DNA of 64,000 bases, taken from positions 58,588 to 122,587 of IMG/VR virus record IMGVR_UViG_3300010885_004110; one strand, written 5' to 3'. The position numbers were made by a program, and so were the translations under genes. Each line of letters opens with the position of its first letter. Position 1 is the stretch's first letter. This stretch comes from a virus. A model generated the notes under the pieces. The model did not search any database and was not told where the DNA came from. It was given only the letters and a program-made list of their open reading frames with translations. Shown piece after piece: positions 29,700-39,377 of the stretch.

Positions 29700-30020
29700 A
29701 TGGCAACAGGAAGATTAGGAATAGCTGATTTATCAGCAGCAACCAATACTACAGTATATACATGCCCTAGTGACAAGTTCACAGTTGCAAGTATATCAGT
29801 ATGCAACAGAGGCACACAGCCTACTACTATTAGACTAGCGGTTGCTAGTTTAACTACACCAACCAATGCAGAATATATCGAATACGACACTGAATTATTA
29901 CCAAAGAACGTTTTAGAACGTACTGGTATTATGTTATCGGCAGATCAAAAGTTGGTAATTCGATCAACAACAGCAACGGTAAGTGCCGTTGCATTTGGGA
30001 TTGAGACCTCAGTGGCTTAA
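29700..30020 (+). CDS. Small beta-sandwich virion adaptor protein
   Basis: ASISVCNRG..LERTGIML; paralog of 11984 and 15166; GGAG SD. Confidence 0.6.
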   Translation: MATGRLGIADLSAATNTTVYTCPSDKFTVASISVCNRGTQPTTIRLAVASLTTPTNAEYIEYDTELLPKNVLERTGIMLSADQKLVIRSTTATVSAVAFGIETSVA

Positions 30021-30056
30021 CCTGCGATACTACATAAATAACAAAAGGACAATGAA

Positions 30057-30383
30057 ATGCCAAGATATATATCAACTACACTATCATACGCAACTGTAAC
30101 GGTAACAACCGCAATATCGTATGCTGCTGCTATTAACGATCGAGTATTGTGTACAGCAGGTGGAATTACAATCACATTACCGGTTTCTACTAGCTTAACG
30201 GTAGGTGACACAGTACAAATCATCGACGTTGCAGGAGCATCCGGCGGAAGCAATATTACTGTTGCTCGAAACGGTGCTAACATTCAAGGTCAAGCACAAG
30301 ATTTAACAATCGACTCCAACAATGCTTCACCAGTACTAATTTACACTGGTGCAACATACGGTTGGGTAATAGCAGGAAGCTAA
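30057..30383 (+). CDS. Short gp9/gp10-like baseplate/fibre connector domain protein
   Basis: TITLP..GDTVQIIDVAG..NITVARNG..IQG..YGWVI pattern. Confidence 0.55.
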   Translation: MPRYISTTLSYATVTVTTAISYAAAINDRVLCTAGGITITLPVSTSLTVGDTVQIIDVAGASGGSNITVARNGANIQGQAQDLTIDSNNASPVLIYTGATYGWVIAGS

Positions 30384-30384
30384 T

Positions 30385-31152
30385 ATGCCAATCAGTCTAA
30401 AATCACTTCAAAGTTCTTTAGCACCTACTGGTATCGGCCAAGTAACGTCAGTATTTTGGATAGGATCAACGCAAGGTACAAACGCGGCAAACAACGACGG
30501 CTGTTGCTGTCTATGGACAGTCCCTGCTAGCATCCGAAGTGTAACTTTTGAAGTTTGGGGTGCCGGCGGCGACGGCGGCGGCGGATGCTGCTGCCACTCA
30601 ACAGCAATTGGTTCTGTAGGCGGGTCCTATGCAGTTACTACAGTAGATACAGTTGCCGGTAGACAGTTTAGAATTTGTTCAGCACCTTCGGGTTGCTGTA
30701 CAGCAAGCTGTAACGGCCTAGGTACTAACGGTGCTCCATCTTATGTCTTTGACGTAAACGCTAGTGCGGTGATTGTTTGTGCATGTGGCGGCCAAGGTGC
30801 TAATATGCAGCCTACATTTACTGGCAGTGGAGAAGGATATACCTGCTGCTGGGGTCGTCTAGGCACTGGAGGATATGCATCATGCGGATATGTAATATGC
30901 GGCACGGGTGGCACGGGATTTAGAAATGTATTCTGCCACAGCGATCAATATCAAATGGTTGCCGGCGGATTTTCTTCAGCAGGTAGACTCAGCCCAGATA
31001 GGTGCTCAATTTGGGCTTGCCAAGGATGTGCTATTATGAAAAGTAATCCATCGTGGCCCAGCGGCAGCGGTGCAGACGGCAATGCCTGCGGCGGCGGATA
31101 TTGTAGCGGACAATGGGGCGCACCTGGCTCAGTTAAAGTAACATTTAAATAA
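30385..31152 (+). CDS. Cys-rich, Gly-rich adhesin-like protein 1
   Basis: WTVP..FEVWGAGGDGGGG and C-terminal G.PGSVKVTF, a Gly-rich fibre-tip pattern; about 22 Cys by hand count. Confidence 0.65.
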   Translation: MPISLKSLQSSLAPTGIGQVTSVFWIGSTQGTNAANNDGCCCLWTVPASIRSVTFEVWGAGGDGGGGCCCHSTAIGSVGGSYAVTTVDTVAGRQFRICSAPSGCCTASCNGLGTNGAPSYVFDVNASAVIVCACGGQGANMQPTFTGSGEGYTCCWGRLGTGGYASCGYVICGTGGTGFRNVFCHSDQYQMVAGGFSSAGRLSPDRCSIWACQGCAIMKSNPSWPSGSGADGNACGGGYCSGQWGAPGSVKVTFK

Positions 31153-31166
31153 TAAGGAAAAGTAAA

Positions 31167-31820
31167 ATGCCAACGCCAATTACAAACGTAACAAAACAAT
31201 TAACGTATAAAACACCTAACACGCAGTGGGGTACTGACGACTCACTAGGTAAAACTGCAACAGTGACCTATACCGGTCCCGATAAACTTTGGGTTTTTAT
31301 TGATAATGACACTAAAAAAATAAGCCCTCCTTTTTATAATACCGCAAATGATGGTGATAGTATTCCGGTTCCTCCAGGGATGACTAGGGTAATGCTAACT
31401 GCCGAAGTTCAGACTGATTTAAAAGTTATGGCAATGTTGCAAAATTATCTAGTAACTGAGCCCGTGGGATTTACGTCAACAGAAGTAGCACTACCTAACG
31501 GCACTATTTGGTTAGATAGGTCCCCGTTGTTTGTTAGTGACATACACGATGTAGATACAGTAACATATAACTTAGAAACAAGTACTTGGAATTTTGGTTA
31601 CAGAATAAGTCCAGTAACATGGGAAGATATCATTAATGCTAGAAATGCAAAATTAACAGCCAGCGATGGAAGAATTTCCCCAGACATGCCGGAAGCACTA
31701 AAGGCACAATGGACAGAGTATCGAGCAGCACTGAGAAATTTCCCAGTAACAATGGGTCGTGGAACAGGCAACGAAGTTGAAGCTTGGAAATGTCAATTAC
31801 CTAACCCTCCGGTGGTATAA
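31167..31820 (+). CDS. Tail fibre assembly chaperone-like protein
   Basis: C-terminal W..I...RNAKL.ASD..PDMPE.LKAQW.EYRAALRNFP. Confidence 0.75.
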   Translation: MPTPITNVTKQLTYKTPNTQWGTDDSLGKTATVTYTGPDKLWVFIDNDTKKISPPFYNTANDGDSIPVPPGMTRVMLTAEVQTDLKVMAMLQNYLVTEPVGFTSTEVALPNGTIWLDRSPLFVSDIHDVDTVTYNLETSTWNFGYRISPVTWEDIINARNAKLTASDGRISPDMPEALKAQWTEYRAALRNFPVTMGRGTGNEVEAWKCQLPNPPVV

Positions 31821-31822
31821 AA

Positions 31823-32584
31823 ATGGCTGGATTAAGATCACTTTTACAATATACAAACACCATTGTTGGTGGAAGTAGTACCATTAACTATGACGAGATG
31901 GTAGTTTATAACACCAACATTGACACAATGTCTAATGGTGGCAGATGCTGTTTATGGACCGTTCCCTCAGGTGTCACATGGGTATATGCAGAAATGTGGG
32001 GTGGCGGCGGCGCTGGCGCTGGTGCATGTTGCTGCTTTGGCGGCTGGCCAGGCGGCAGCGGATCATATTCTAGAAAAATTATTACCGGTCTAAGTGCCGG
32101 TGCTACACTTACAATGTGTGCAGCTGGTTCTACTAGTTGCGTTGGAGTATGTTGCGGTGAAACTGGGTTTCCTAGCTATATCACAAATTCTGGTAGCACA
32201 ACGTTAATCTGTGCTAGCGGCGGTAGTTATGGTGGAGCAAGATGTTTCTTCAACATTGGTTGCAGCTACAGTGGTTGCCAACAATATCAATGTGGCAGCT
32301 TTTGCGGAACATTTGGAATCTGTGGTGTTACTGGCAGTGCCAAAGGCAGCGCATATTGCTCGGGCAATAGCTATCAGTATATGCCATCTGCTCCATTCAT
32401 GGGTCACAATAGACCAACCAAAGATGGATGTTCTGGCTACTGTGGCGGATGCTGCGTAGGAGGTTATGCACACTTCCCAGGCGGTGGCGGAGCCAGTACA
32501 CACTCGCACACTAATCCAGGCGGCTATTGCGGCCAAAGTGGTGCCGGCGGACTAATACAGATATTCTGGGGCGCGGTTGTCTAA
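31823..32584 (+). CDS. Cys-rich, Gly-rich adhesin-like protein 2
   Basis: NGGRCCLWTVP..EMWGGGGAGAGACCC; about 22 Cys. Confidence 0.65.
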   Translation: MAGLRSLLQYTNTIVGGSSTINYDEMVVYNTNIDTMSNGGRCCLWTVPSGVTWVYAEMWGGGGAGAGACCCFGGWPGGSGSYSRKIITGLSAGATLTMCAAGSTSCVGVCCGETGFPSYITNSGSTTLICASGGSYGGARCFFNIGCSYSGCQQYQCGSFCGTFGICGVTGSAKGSAYCSGNSYQYMPSAPFMGHNRPTKDGCSGYCGGCCVGGYAHFPGGGGASTHSHTNPGGYCGQSGAGGLIQIFWGAVV

Positions 32585-32599
32585 AATGGAGAAAAATTA

Positions 32600-33343
32600 A
32601 TGCCAATAAGTTTAAAAAATTACGTCTACGGATTAGGCAGCGGTGCTGTTATTACCCCTGGTGAATTTACTGTATACAATACTAGTACAGATCAAGCATA
32701 CAATGGTGGCAGATGCTGTTTATGGACAGTGCCACAAAATATAACCAAAGCTGTATTTGAAATATGGAGTGGTGGCGGAAGTGGTGGCGGTGGCTGCTGC
32801 TGTATGCAAGGTGGCGGAGCCGGAAATGGCGGATATGCAGTTAAAACTTGTACTGTGACTGCTGGACAGACAATTCAAATCTGTGCAGCAGGTTCAATGT
32901 GCTGTGGCGATTATTACACTGGAAATACTGGTTGTCCAAGTTGGGTTTGTGCAACTAGCGGAAGTACATGGTTAACCTGTGTTACTGGCGGTTATGGTAC
33001 TGCTCGATGTGTAACTTGCAACTACTTCGCAGGCTGCTATACCTGCTGCTCAAGTTGCTGGTGCTGTGGTGGTATTGCTACTAATGCTGATTACTTTATT
33101 CCAGGAACAAGCATGACTGGACACAGTTCACAATACTGCTTTGATCAAGGCCATCAATATTCAGGAAATTCCTACGGAGTACCGGGTCCGAGACTTGGAC
33201 CAAACGGTTGCTGTGCTCAAGGCGGCGGAACCCACTGCGGTATGTTCCCAGGCGGTGGTGGTCTAGCTGCTCAAGTCTACGGCGGCGGTTGTTGCTGTGG
33301 TGGATTCGGCGCAGGTGGTATGGTATATGTACTGTTTATGTAA
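32600..33343 (+). CDS. Cys-rich, Gly-rich adhesin-like protein 3
   Basis: NGGRCCLWTVP..EIWSGGGSGGGGCCC; about 27 Cys. Confidence 0.65.
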   Translation: MPISLKNYVYGLGSGAVITPGEFTVYNTSTDQAYNGGRCCLWTVPQNITKAVFEIWSGGGSGGGGCCCMQGGGAGNGGYAVKTCTVTAGQTIQICAAGSMCCGDYYTGNTGCPSWVCATSGSTWLTCVTGGYGTARCVTCNYFAGCYTCCSSCWCCGGIATNADYFIPGTSMTGHSSQYCFDQGHQYSGNSYGVPGPRLGPNGCCAQGGGTHCGMFPGGGGLAAQVYGGGCCCGGFGAGGMVYVLFM

Positions 33344-33356
33344 CTAGGAACCAATT

Positions 33357-34250
33357 ATGGAAAACGAAATTAGAGTACAATTTACATATGATATTGCTGA
33401 TGATCAGTATCATACTACAAACAATTTAAAACAAACAGCTACAGCTGAATATGTAGGCCCTGCGAAACAATATTGGCAGATCGATGTTGTAACGGATCAA
33501 TGGACAGGCGCCCATATACCTTATGAATTACATCAAACCTATAACGAAAGATTAGATGATGGATATTATTCTGTAGAATTAGACTGCGCAACAAACCCGT
33601 TATTGTGTAGTCTTGCAGCTACTGGTTATCTTGATAGAGACAACTGGCCAACTTCCTCAGAAGAGATTCCAGAAAGCGATCCATATGTAAGAGATAATCC
33701 TGCTACTCCTGATCATACATATGAGAAAAGTCAAATTTTTTACAATAAAGAAAAAGGCGAATTTAAACCATTAGAATGGAAACTATCCAGTCAAGACTGG
33801 GATGTTAGATTAAAGCATAGAGATAATCAACTTGCATTAGCCGACAAGAATCTATCAGAAGATTTGCCACAGGCGTTATACAACAAAATGGTAGAATATA
33901 AACAATACCTAAGAGATTTTACTACAATTTTTGGAGTATCTTGGTTTGTGACTATTGACAATGGTGGTAGTGGTTATGCAATCGGTGATAGATTAGCCAT
34001 AAGTGATCCTCGTTTAAAAGACGGAGAAGCCACTGATGATGTAATGGTTACTGTTACAGCAGTTAATAATGGTAGTATCACTGCTGTTAAAACTTCAGGT
34101 AGCAGAGCATTTCATATTAAAGAAGCAATTTCTATAAGAGATGTTTACTTTACTACTAATGGTAGTGGTGTAGGTGCAAGGTTTACTGCATCCAAAAATA
34201 AGTTAATTGATCCTTGGAAAATAACTCTAAAATCAAACCCCCTAGCTTGA
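33357..34250 (+). CDS. Tail fibre assembly chaperone-like protein with an extra C-terminal beta module
   Basis: RDNQLALAD..EDLPQ..EYKQYLRDF, followed by IDNGGSGYAIGDRL. Confidence 0.65.
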   Translation: MENEIRVQFTYDIADDQYHTTNNLKQTATAEYVGPAKQYWQIDVVTDQWTGAHIPYELHQTYNERLDDGYYSVELDCATNPLLCSLAATGYLDRDNWPTSSEEIPESDPYVRDNPATPDHTYEKSQIFYNKEKGEFKPLEWKLSSQDWDVRLKHRDNQLALADKNLSEDLPQALYNKMVEYKQYLRDFTTIFGVSWFVTIDNGGSGYAIGDRLAISDPRLKDGEATDDVMVTVTAVNNGSITAVKTSGSRAFHIKEAISIRDVYFTTNGSGVGARFTASKNKLIDPWKITLKSNPLA

Positions 34251-34266
34251 TTTTTAACTAACTAAC

Positions 34267-34297
34267 AAAAAAGCATCGTTTATCGATGCTTTTTTTT
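34267..34297 (+). terminator. Intrinsic terminator (possibly bidirectional)
   Basis: AAAAAAGCATCG-loop-CGATGCTTTTTTTT. Confidence 0.85.
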
Positions 34298-34330
34298 GAC
34301 TCAACTTTATTCTTGGTACAGACATACATT

Positions 34331-34338
34331 TATAAATA
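34331..34338 (+). promoter_or_regulatory. T4-type late promoter TATAAATA
   Basis: Perfect gp55-type consensus between the terminator and the glycosyltransferase gene. Confidence 0.7.
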
Positions 34339-34384
34339 TCCTGTAATCATTAAACTAGTGGTTAATTACTTAATAGGAATATAC

Positions 34385-35329
34385 ATGTCTAGAGACACAG
34401 CCTTTTTTATCAACGGCGGCGCTGGCCGAGTTGTTTGCTCAATACCTGCATTAGAAAAATTTCAAGAAGAAAATCCCGACAATAACTTTATAATTGTGTG
34501 TGAAGGCGGTACTGATTTTTTCAAAGGACACCCTAAGCTACATGCCAAAACATACGATCATTGGCACAAGAACTTGTTTGAAGACAAATTAAAAGATATG
34601 GATATTGTAAGCCCGGAACCCTATAGAGTTTGGGAATATTATAATCAAAAAGCAAGTTTATCACAAGCATATGATATAGCTATTAATAATAAGGGTGTAA
34701 GAGAACTGTCTAGACCAACTATTAAATTAAGCAAAGGCGAACAGCTTTCTGGTTTACAGGTAATCAATGAAGTAAAAGAAAAAACTAAAAAAGAAAAAAT
34801 TATTGTTTTCCAACCATTTGGCCGAGGCGTTTTTGAAGATAAAGGAATGGTAACAGATTTTAGTGGAAGAAGCTTTGAAGCGAGCAGTGTTGTTAATATT
34901 ATCAAAGAATTGAATAAAGATTACGGTATTATCTTTATGGGAGAACTCGCAATAGACTTCACAAAACACGGAATATCAACTCCAGTGGCTGTGCCTAAAA
35001 ATACAGATTTAAGAACATGGGCTGCAATTATTGCTAAAGCTGATCATTTTTTAGGCTGTGATAGCGTGGGACAACATCTTGCCTACGCATTTAATAAGAC
35101 TGCTACTATTGTAGTGGGCAGTACATTTGCAGAAAATGTATCGTATCCTAACTGTACAGATTTTACAATATTTGACATGGGAGAAGATGCTAGAGTGTAT
35201 AGCCCTATTAGAATTACCATAGATGAACTTGCAGACAGAACCAACGAAGGCGTTATGGTAATGAATGATAAAATTGAACAAGTTATAGTTGAAGATGTTT
35301 GCAAAAGAGTAGAAGGAACTGTAAAATAA
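34385..35329 (+). CDS. GT-B glycosyltransferase, GT9 (heptosyltransferase)-like
   Basis: N-terminal FFINGGAGRVVCSIPAL and C-terminal LRTWAAIIAKADHFLGCDSVGQHLAYAF. Start reassigned to ATG 34385. Confidence 0.7.
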   Translation: MSRDTAFFINGGAGRVVCSIPALEKFQEENPDNNFIIVCEGGTDFFKGHPKLHAKTYDHWHKNLFEDKLKDMDIVSPEPYRVWEYYNQKASLSQAYDIAINNKGVRELSRPTIKLSKGEQLSGLQVINEVKEKTKKEKIIVFQPFGRGVFEDKGMVTDFSGRSFEASSVVNIIKELNKDYGIIFMGELAIDFTKHGISTPVAVPKNTDLRTWAAIIAKADHFLGCDSVGQHLAYAFNKTATIVVGSTFAENVSYPNCTDFTIFDMGEDARVYSPIRITIDELADRTNEGVMVMNDKIEQVIVEDVCKRVEGTVK

Positions 35330-36234
35330 TGAAAAGACTGTTTACTTTTGGCTGTAGTTTTACAAGATACGGATGGCCTACATGGGCAGATTTTTTAGGG
35401 TTAGAAGTAGATTATTTTGAAAACTGGGGGCAACACGGAGTCGGTAATGTTGCAATAGCAAACAGGGTAGCTGAATGCCATTCAAAAAACAAATTCACTA
35501 AAGATGATGTGGTTATAATACAATGGTCGTCACATATAAGGAATGATTTTCATAATTTTAGATCTGCACCAAAAGGTAGAAACTCAATGGGTTGGAAAAC
35601 TAAAGGTAGTATTTTTAACTATTTCAATGAAGAAACATACGATAAAGATTGGCAAATGAAATTCTTTGATGAACGATCATATATCATGTATTCTTTAAAT
35701 TCTATGGTACTTGTAAAGAATCTTTTAGATAACAGCGGATGTACTTATAGAATGACTAGTATTGGTGATTTTAGTAAACTAGGTAGTGATATGGAAACTC
35801 CAAACGGATATGCTGAAAACATCGGAGATGAAAAAGATCTTTGGACAGGACAAGGCTTGGCTCCTCTAAGAATTGGTAATACCCTTCAGACAATTGACTT
35901 TAATCACTATAAACAATCAATTGGATTCGATGATTGGATTGAACCAATAGGTAGTTATGCATGGAAAAATCATGATAAACAATATACATGGAAAGATCCT
36001 AGAGATATTAAATCATGGATGGATCCACACCCGTCAACTGAGAATCATGTTGGTTGGTTAGACAACGTGCTAAAACCTAGTTTAAAACTAGATGCTGTAG
36101 ATACTATTAATAGAAAACTATGGTTGGATACAGTCCAACAGGTAAAACAAGAAATAAACGAATTAGATAAATTTGAAAGTGTTTTAGAAAACCGTCAATT
36201 ACCAAATTGGCAAAATTATTATATAGGATATTAA
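35329..36234 (+). CDS. SGNH-hydrolase-like protein
   Basis: FTFGCSFT, NWGQHGVGN, IIQWS and DPHP motifs; TAATG coupling to the upstream gene. Confidence 0.55.
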   Translation: MKRLFTFGCSFTRYGWPTWADFLGLEVDYFENWGQHGVGNVAIANRVAECHSKNKFTKDDVVIIQWSSHIRNDFHNFRSAPKGRNSMGWKTKGSIFNYFNEETYDKDWQMKFFDERSYIMYSLNSMVLVKNLLDNSGCTYRMTSIGDFSKLGSDMETPNGYAENIGDEKDLWTGQGLAPLRIGNTLQTIDFNHYKQSIGFDDWIEPIGSYAWKNHDKQYTWKDPRDIKSWMDPHPSTENHVGWLDNVLKPSLKLDAVDTINRKLWLDTVQQVKQEINELDKFESVLENRQLPNWQNYYIGY

Positions 36235-36236
36235 GA

Positions 36237-38033
36237 ATGAGCAATAAACCATTATGGATTGCAGGTATAGCAAGAGGACATAATGCAGGTGTGTGTCTAT
36301 TAAAAGATGGAAAAGTTGTATTTTCTATCGAAGAAGAACGTCTAACACGTAGAAAGTACGACGGCGGACCATTAGCTAGTATGTTAAAAATATTGGAATA
36401 TACTAACAAACTAGATTTTTTAGTTGTAGCACATACCCAAACACTGCAAGAAGTTGCTGGTAAATTAGAATACTCTGGAGAAGATGTTTATACAGGGCTT
36501 GCTAGAAAGTTGGGACTAATTGAAGAAAATCGTCAGCCTGGTCCTCACCCGCAGGTAATCGATATGGCCATGATACATCATAAGATGCATGCTGCTGCTG
36601 CATTTTATAGAAGTGGATTTGAAGATGCTGTTGCTGTAATTATTGACGGTGCTGGAACATTCTTTAATATGCGTATAAACGACGATCACTTGACTGCATG
36701 GGAAACTGAAAGTATCTATCTGTGTGAGTATCCCGCTAGCATCAAAACATTGCATAAGACACTAGGCACACGAAATATGGTAGTAGCTGCCTACTTAAAA
36801 AATTGGGAAGCAGGCGATTGGGAACCCGGTGCTTCCTATGATATCTTGTTATCTGATCGTGCAGGTATTGTTAAGGCATATGAAGCAGTTACAGAGTATT
36901 GTGGATTTAGCTCAATTGAAGCTGGAAAAACCATGGGACTATTTCCTTACGGTAAGAAGAATGATGCAATTACAAATATAATTGATAAAAATGATTTGCC
37001 AGTACCAACAACAAATAGAAATTTAATAGTTCCAAGATATCCTAACGGTGCTGTGGTTAATTCTGCTATGTATGAGTTTTTAAATCAGCACAATGCCGAT
37101 GATGTGACCTATCTTGAAAATAGAAGGGACCTAGCATATGCTATTCAGACACAGTCACAACAGGCAGCAGCTGATATTATCAAACATGCTGTAACAATAT
37201 CTGGTTGCAATAATGTAGTTATTAGTGGCGGATATGGTCTAAATTGTGTTGCTAACTATTTTTATCTAGATGAGCTTAAGGATCTAGGAATTAACATCTA
37301 TGTTGAGCCAGTATCAAATGATGCAGGCACAGCTATGGGAGCTGCGTATCTGTGGCATCATAACGTAACTAATGATATCACCGTAAGATCTCGTGCTGAC
37401 GATGTGTATCTTGGACCAGTATACAATTACACCGAGAAAGAAATTACTGATCTTGTAACTGAATACGGTGGAGAAATAATGTCTGCTGGACCCAACGATG
37501 TTATTGACTTATTAGAGAAAAAGAATATCGTTGCTATGTTCCAAGGTCGAAGCGAAAACGGTCCACGTGCTCTAGGTAATCGAAGTATATTATTCGATCC
37601 AAGATTTAAGGACGGAAAAGATTATGTAAACAACATCAAACATCGTGAATATTTTAGACCGTTTGCTGGTAGTATGTTAGCAGAATATGCGCATGATTGG
37701 TTTGATCTTCGAGGGATGGAAAGTAGTCCTACGATGATGTATGCTGTAAATTGTAAGCCGGGTGTTGCTGAAAAAATTCCTAGTATTATTCACGTTGATG
37801 GAACTTGCCGTATTCAAACTGTAACTCCTGAACAAAATAAACACTATTACGATCTAATCAAAACTTTCTATGATAGGACTGGATTTCCAATCTTATTTAA
37901 CACCAGCTTTAATTTAGGTGGAGAGCCATTAGTAGAAACACTAAAAGATGCATTATGGACGCTACAACAAAGCGAAATTAACTATTTGTATTTGCCGGAA
38001 TATGGTAAAATAATTAAAATAGACAAAAAATAA
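36237..38033 (+). CDS. O-carbamoyltransferase (NodU/CmcH/TobZ family)
   Basis: EEERLTRRKY, HHKMHAA, IIDGAG, GKTMGL, GGYGLNCVAN, GPRALGNRS, RPFA, HVDGTCRIQTV and NTSFNLGGEP motifs. Confidence 0.93.
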   Translation: MSNKPLWIAGIARGHNAGVCLLKDGKVVFSIEEERLTRRKYDGGPLASMLKILEYTNKLDFLVVAHTQTLQEVAGKLEYSGEDVYTGLARKLGLIEENRQPGPHPQVIDMAMIHHKMHAAAAFYRSGFEDAVAVIIDGAGTFFNMRINDDHLTAWETESIYLCEYPASIKTLHKTLGTRNMVVAAYLKNWEAGDWEPGASYDILLSDRAGIVKAYEAVTEYCGFSSIEAGKTMGLFPYGKKNDAITNIIDKNDLPVPTTNRNLIVPRYPNGAVVNSAMYEFLNQHNADDVTYLENRRDLAYAIQTQSQQAAADIIKHAVTISGCNNVVISGGYGLNCVANYFYLDELKDLGINIYVEPVSNDAGTAMGAAYLWHHNVTNDITVRSRADDVYLGPVYNYTEKEITDLVTEYGGEIMSAGPNDVIDLLEKKNIVAMFQGRSENGPRALGNRSILFDPRFKDGKDYVNNIKHREYFRPFAGSMLAEYAHDWFDLRGMESSPTMMYAVNCKPGVAEKIPSIIHVDGTCRIQTVTPEQNKHYYDLIKTFYDRTGFPILFNTSFNLGGEPLVETLKDALWTLQQSEINYLYLPEYGKIIKIDKK

Positions 38034-38055
38034 AAAAGCCCGAAAGGGCTTTTTT
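38032..38055 (+). terminator. Intrinsic terminator
   Basis: AAAAAAGCCC-GAAA-GGGCTTTTTT. Confidence 0.9.
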
Positions 38056-38075
38056 CGTTTCTGATAAATATAATT

Positions 38076-38495
38076 ATGATTAACTTTGCTTCTTTCTTTT
38101 CTAAAAATGTTAAAAACACCTTGTTGTTTAAGAACGGTACTAACATTGCATATAAAGGTCCCTGGATACTAGTATATCCGGATACTGTTGTTGACGAATG
38201 GTATGTTGGGGACTTTATGAGTGCAGAATATACTATTTCTGTTGATTTTGGAAATAATGAAAAAGAAATAATTAAATGTCTGTTAGTAGCTGGTCCTAAT
38301 TCAGCAGCAGTCACAGTGTTTGGACGTTCTAATCTAAACAGTAATCTTGTAGATTTTACTGCAACAGTGAATGCATCTAGAGTATCGTTAATTGCAAGCC
38401 CTGTTATTAATCAAGACGGTTCGAGCACAGTAATCGGCAGTAAGCTAATCTATAGTGCAACATACTACCACACAATAAATAATCTAACTCCCTAA
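38076..38495 (+). CDS. Hypothetical virion protein
   Basis: TAAATA-N5-ATG start; beta-rich sequence. Confidence 0.65.
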   Translation: MINFASFFSKNVKNTLLFKNGTNIAYKGPWILVYPDTVVDEWYVGDFMSAEYTISVDFGNNEKEIIKCLLVAGPNSAAVTVFGRSNLNSNLVDFTATVNASRVSLIASPVINQDGSSTVIGSKLIYSATYYHTINNLTP

Positions 38496-38509
38496 TGGGG
38501 CTATATCCG

Positions 38510-38517
38510 TATAAATA
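38510..38517 (+). promoter_or_regulatory. T4-type late promoter TATAAATA
   Basis: Perfect consensus upstream of 38565, which has a GGAGG SD. Confidence 0.7.
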
Positions 38518-38564
38518 CAATTACTTTGTAGAAGTTGTAGTTGGATTAATAGCGGAGGTCTTTA

Positions 38565-39368
38565 ATGACAGTTAAGTATATACCCTTAGAATCAAAAAGT
38601 GGTTTTAAGAGCCCGGGTTTTTTAATCACTCCCGACGGCAGGATTCAAGCAGAAAGTCTAACTCTAATCGAAGCGTTAGAAGTCCCTAATATCTTAGTAA
38701 GCGGTGTTGAATTAATTTCAGGCGCCGACTCGACTATTAGTCTAAGTGACGGCATTACACATAGTTACTTAGAAAAACTTGGCACTCTCCAATATCTAAA
38801 TATCGACGGTGACTTTACAGTTAGTCAAGCGTCAACTCCGTACATCTCGGTAATAAATGGCGAGATTAGAATCACAAATCCTGTAAGCCTTACTACACAA
38901 ATATATGAAAATATAACGCAAACAACAATTGGCGTAACAGATGATACTATAGCAGGGCAAGGAGCAGCATTTACAATAACTAGATACAACGGTACCTACT
39001 CAGCTATAATTGTAAATCCAGGCACGGGATTTGCTATCGACGACACCATAACCGTTCCAGGAACATTATTAGGTGGTGAAAGCCCAACAAACAATCTTGT
39101 AATTACTATAGCGTCAACATTATTAGATCCGACTAAATTAGATGGTATTGCAACTGTATTTGTAGAGGGCACCGCGCTTTCTGGATCACACGGATCTATG
39201 AATAATATCGATGTTGGATTAACTACCCCTGCAAAGGGAAAGTTTACAACTGTAACAGTTACCAACTCTATTAAGGTAGATACCCTACCAACTGAAGTGT
39301 ACCATGCTACTAGAAAAGACTATGTAGATCAAAGAATATCCGCATTTAGTATTGCGCTGGGCGGTTAA
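38565..39368 (+). CDS. Fibre-like structural protein
   Basis: G..TPAKGKFTT, HATRKDYVD and C-terminal SAFSIALGG. Confidence 0.6.
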   Translation: MTVKYIPLESKSGFKSPGFLITPDGRIQAESLTLIEALEVPNILVSGVELISGADSTISLSDGITHSYLEKLGTLQYLNIDGDFTVSQASTPYISVINGEIRITNPVSLTTQIYENITQTTIGVTDDTIAGQGAAFTITRYNGTYSAIIVNPGTGFAIDDTITVPGTLLGGESPTNNLVITIASTLLDPTKLDGIATVFVEGTALSGSHGSMNNIDVGLTTPAKGKFTTVTVTNSIKVDTLPTEVYHATRKDYVDQRISAFSIALGG

Positions 39369-39377
39369 GGAAAAAAA

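Noticed and set aside
30385-33343. Diversity-generating retroelement acting on the adhesins
   Set aside because: No reverse transcriptase and no template/variable repeat pair differing only at adenines is visible in the window.
34286-34384. N-terminal extensions in the ORF track (34286, 35299, 36207, 50660, 60522)
   Set aside because: They overlap terminators, promoters or upstream genes. The downstream ATGs fit SD, coupling or promoter spacing better.
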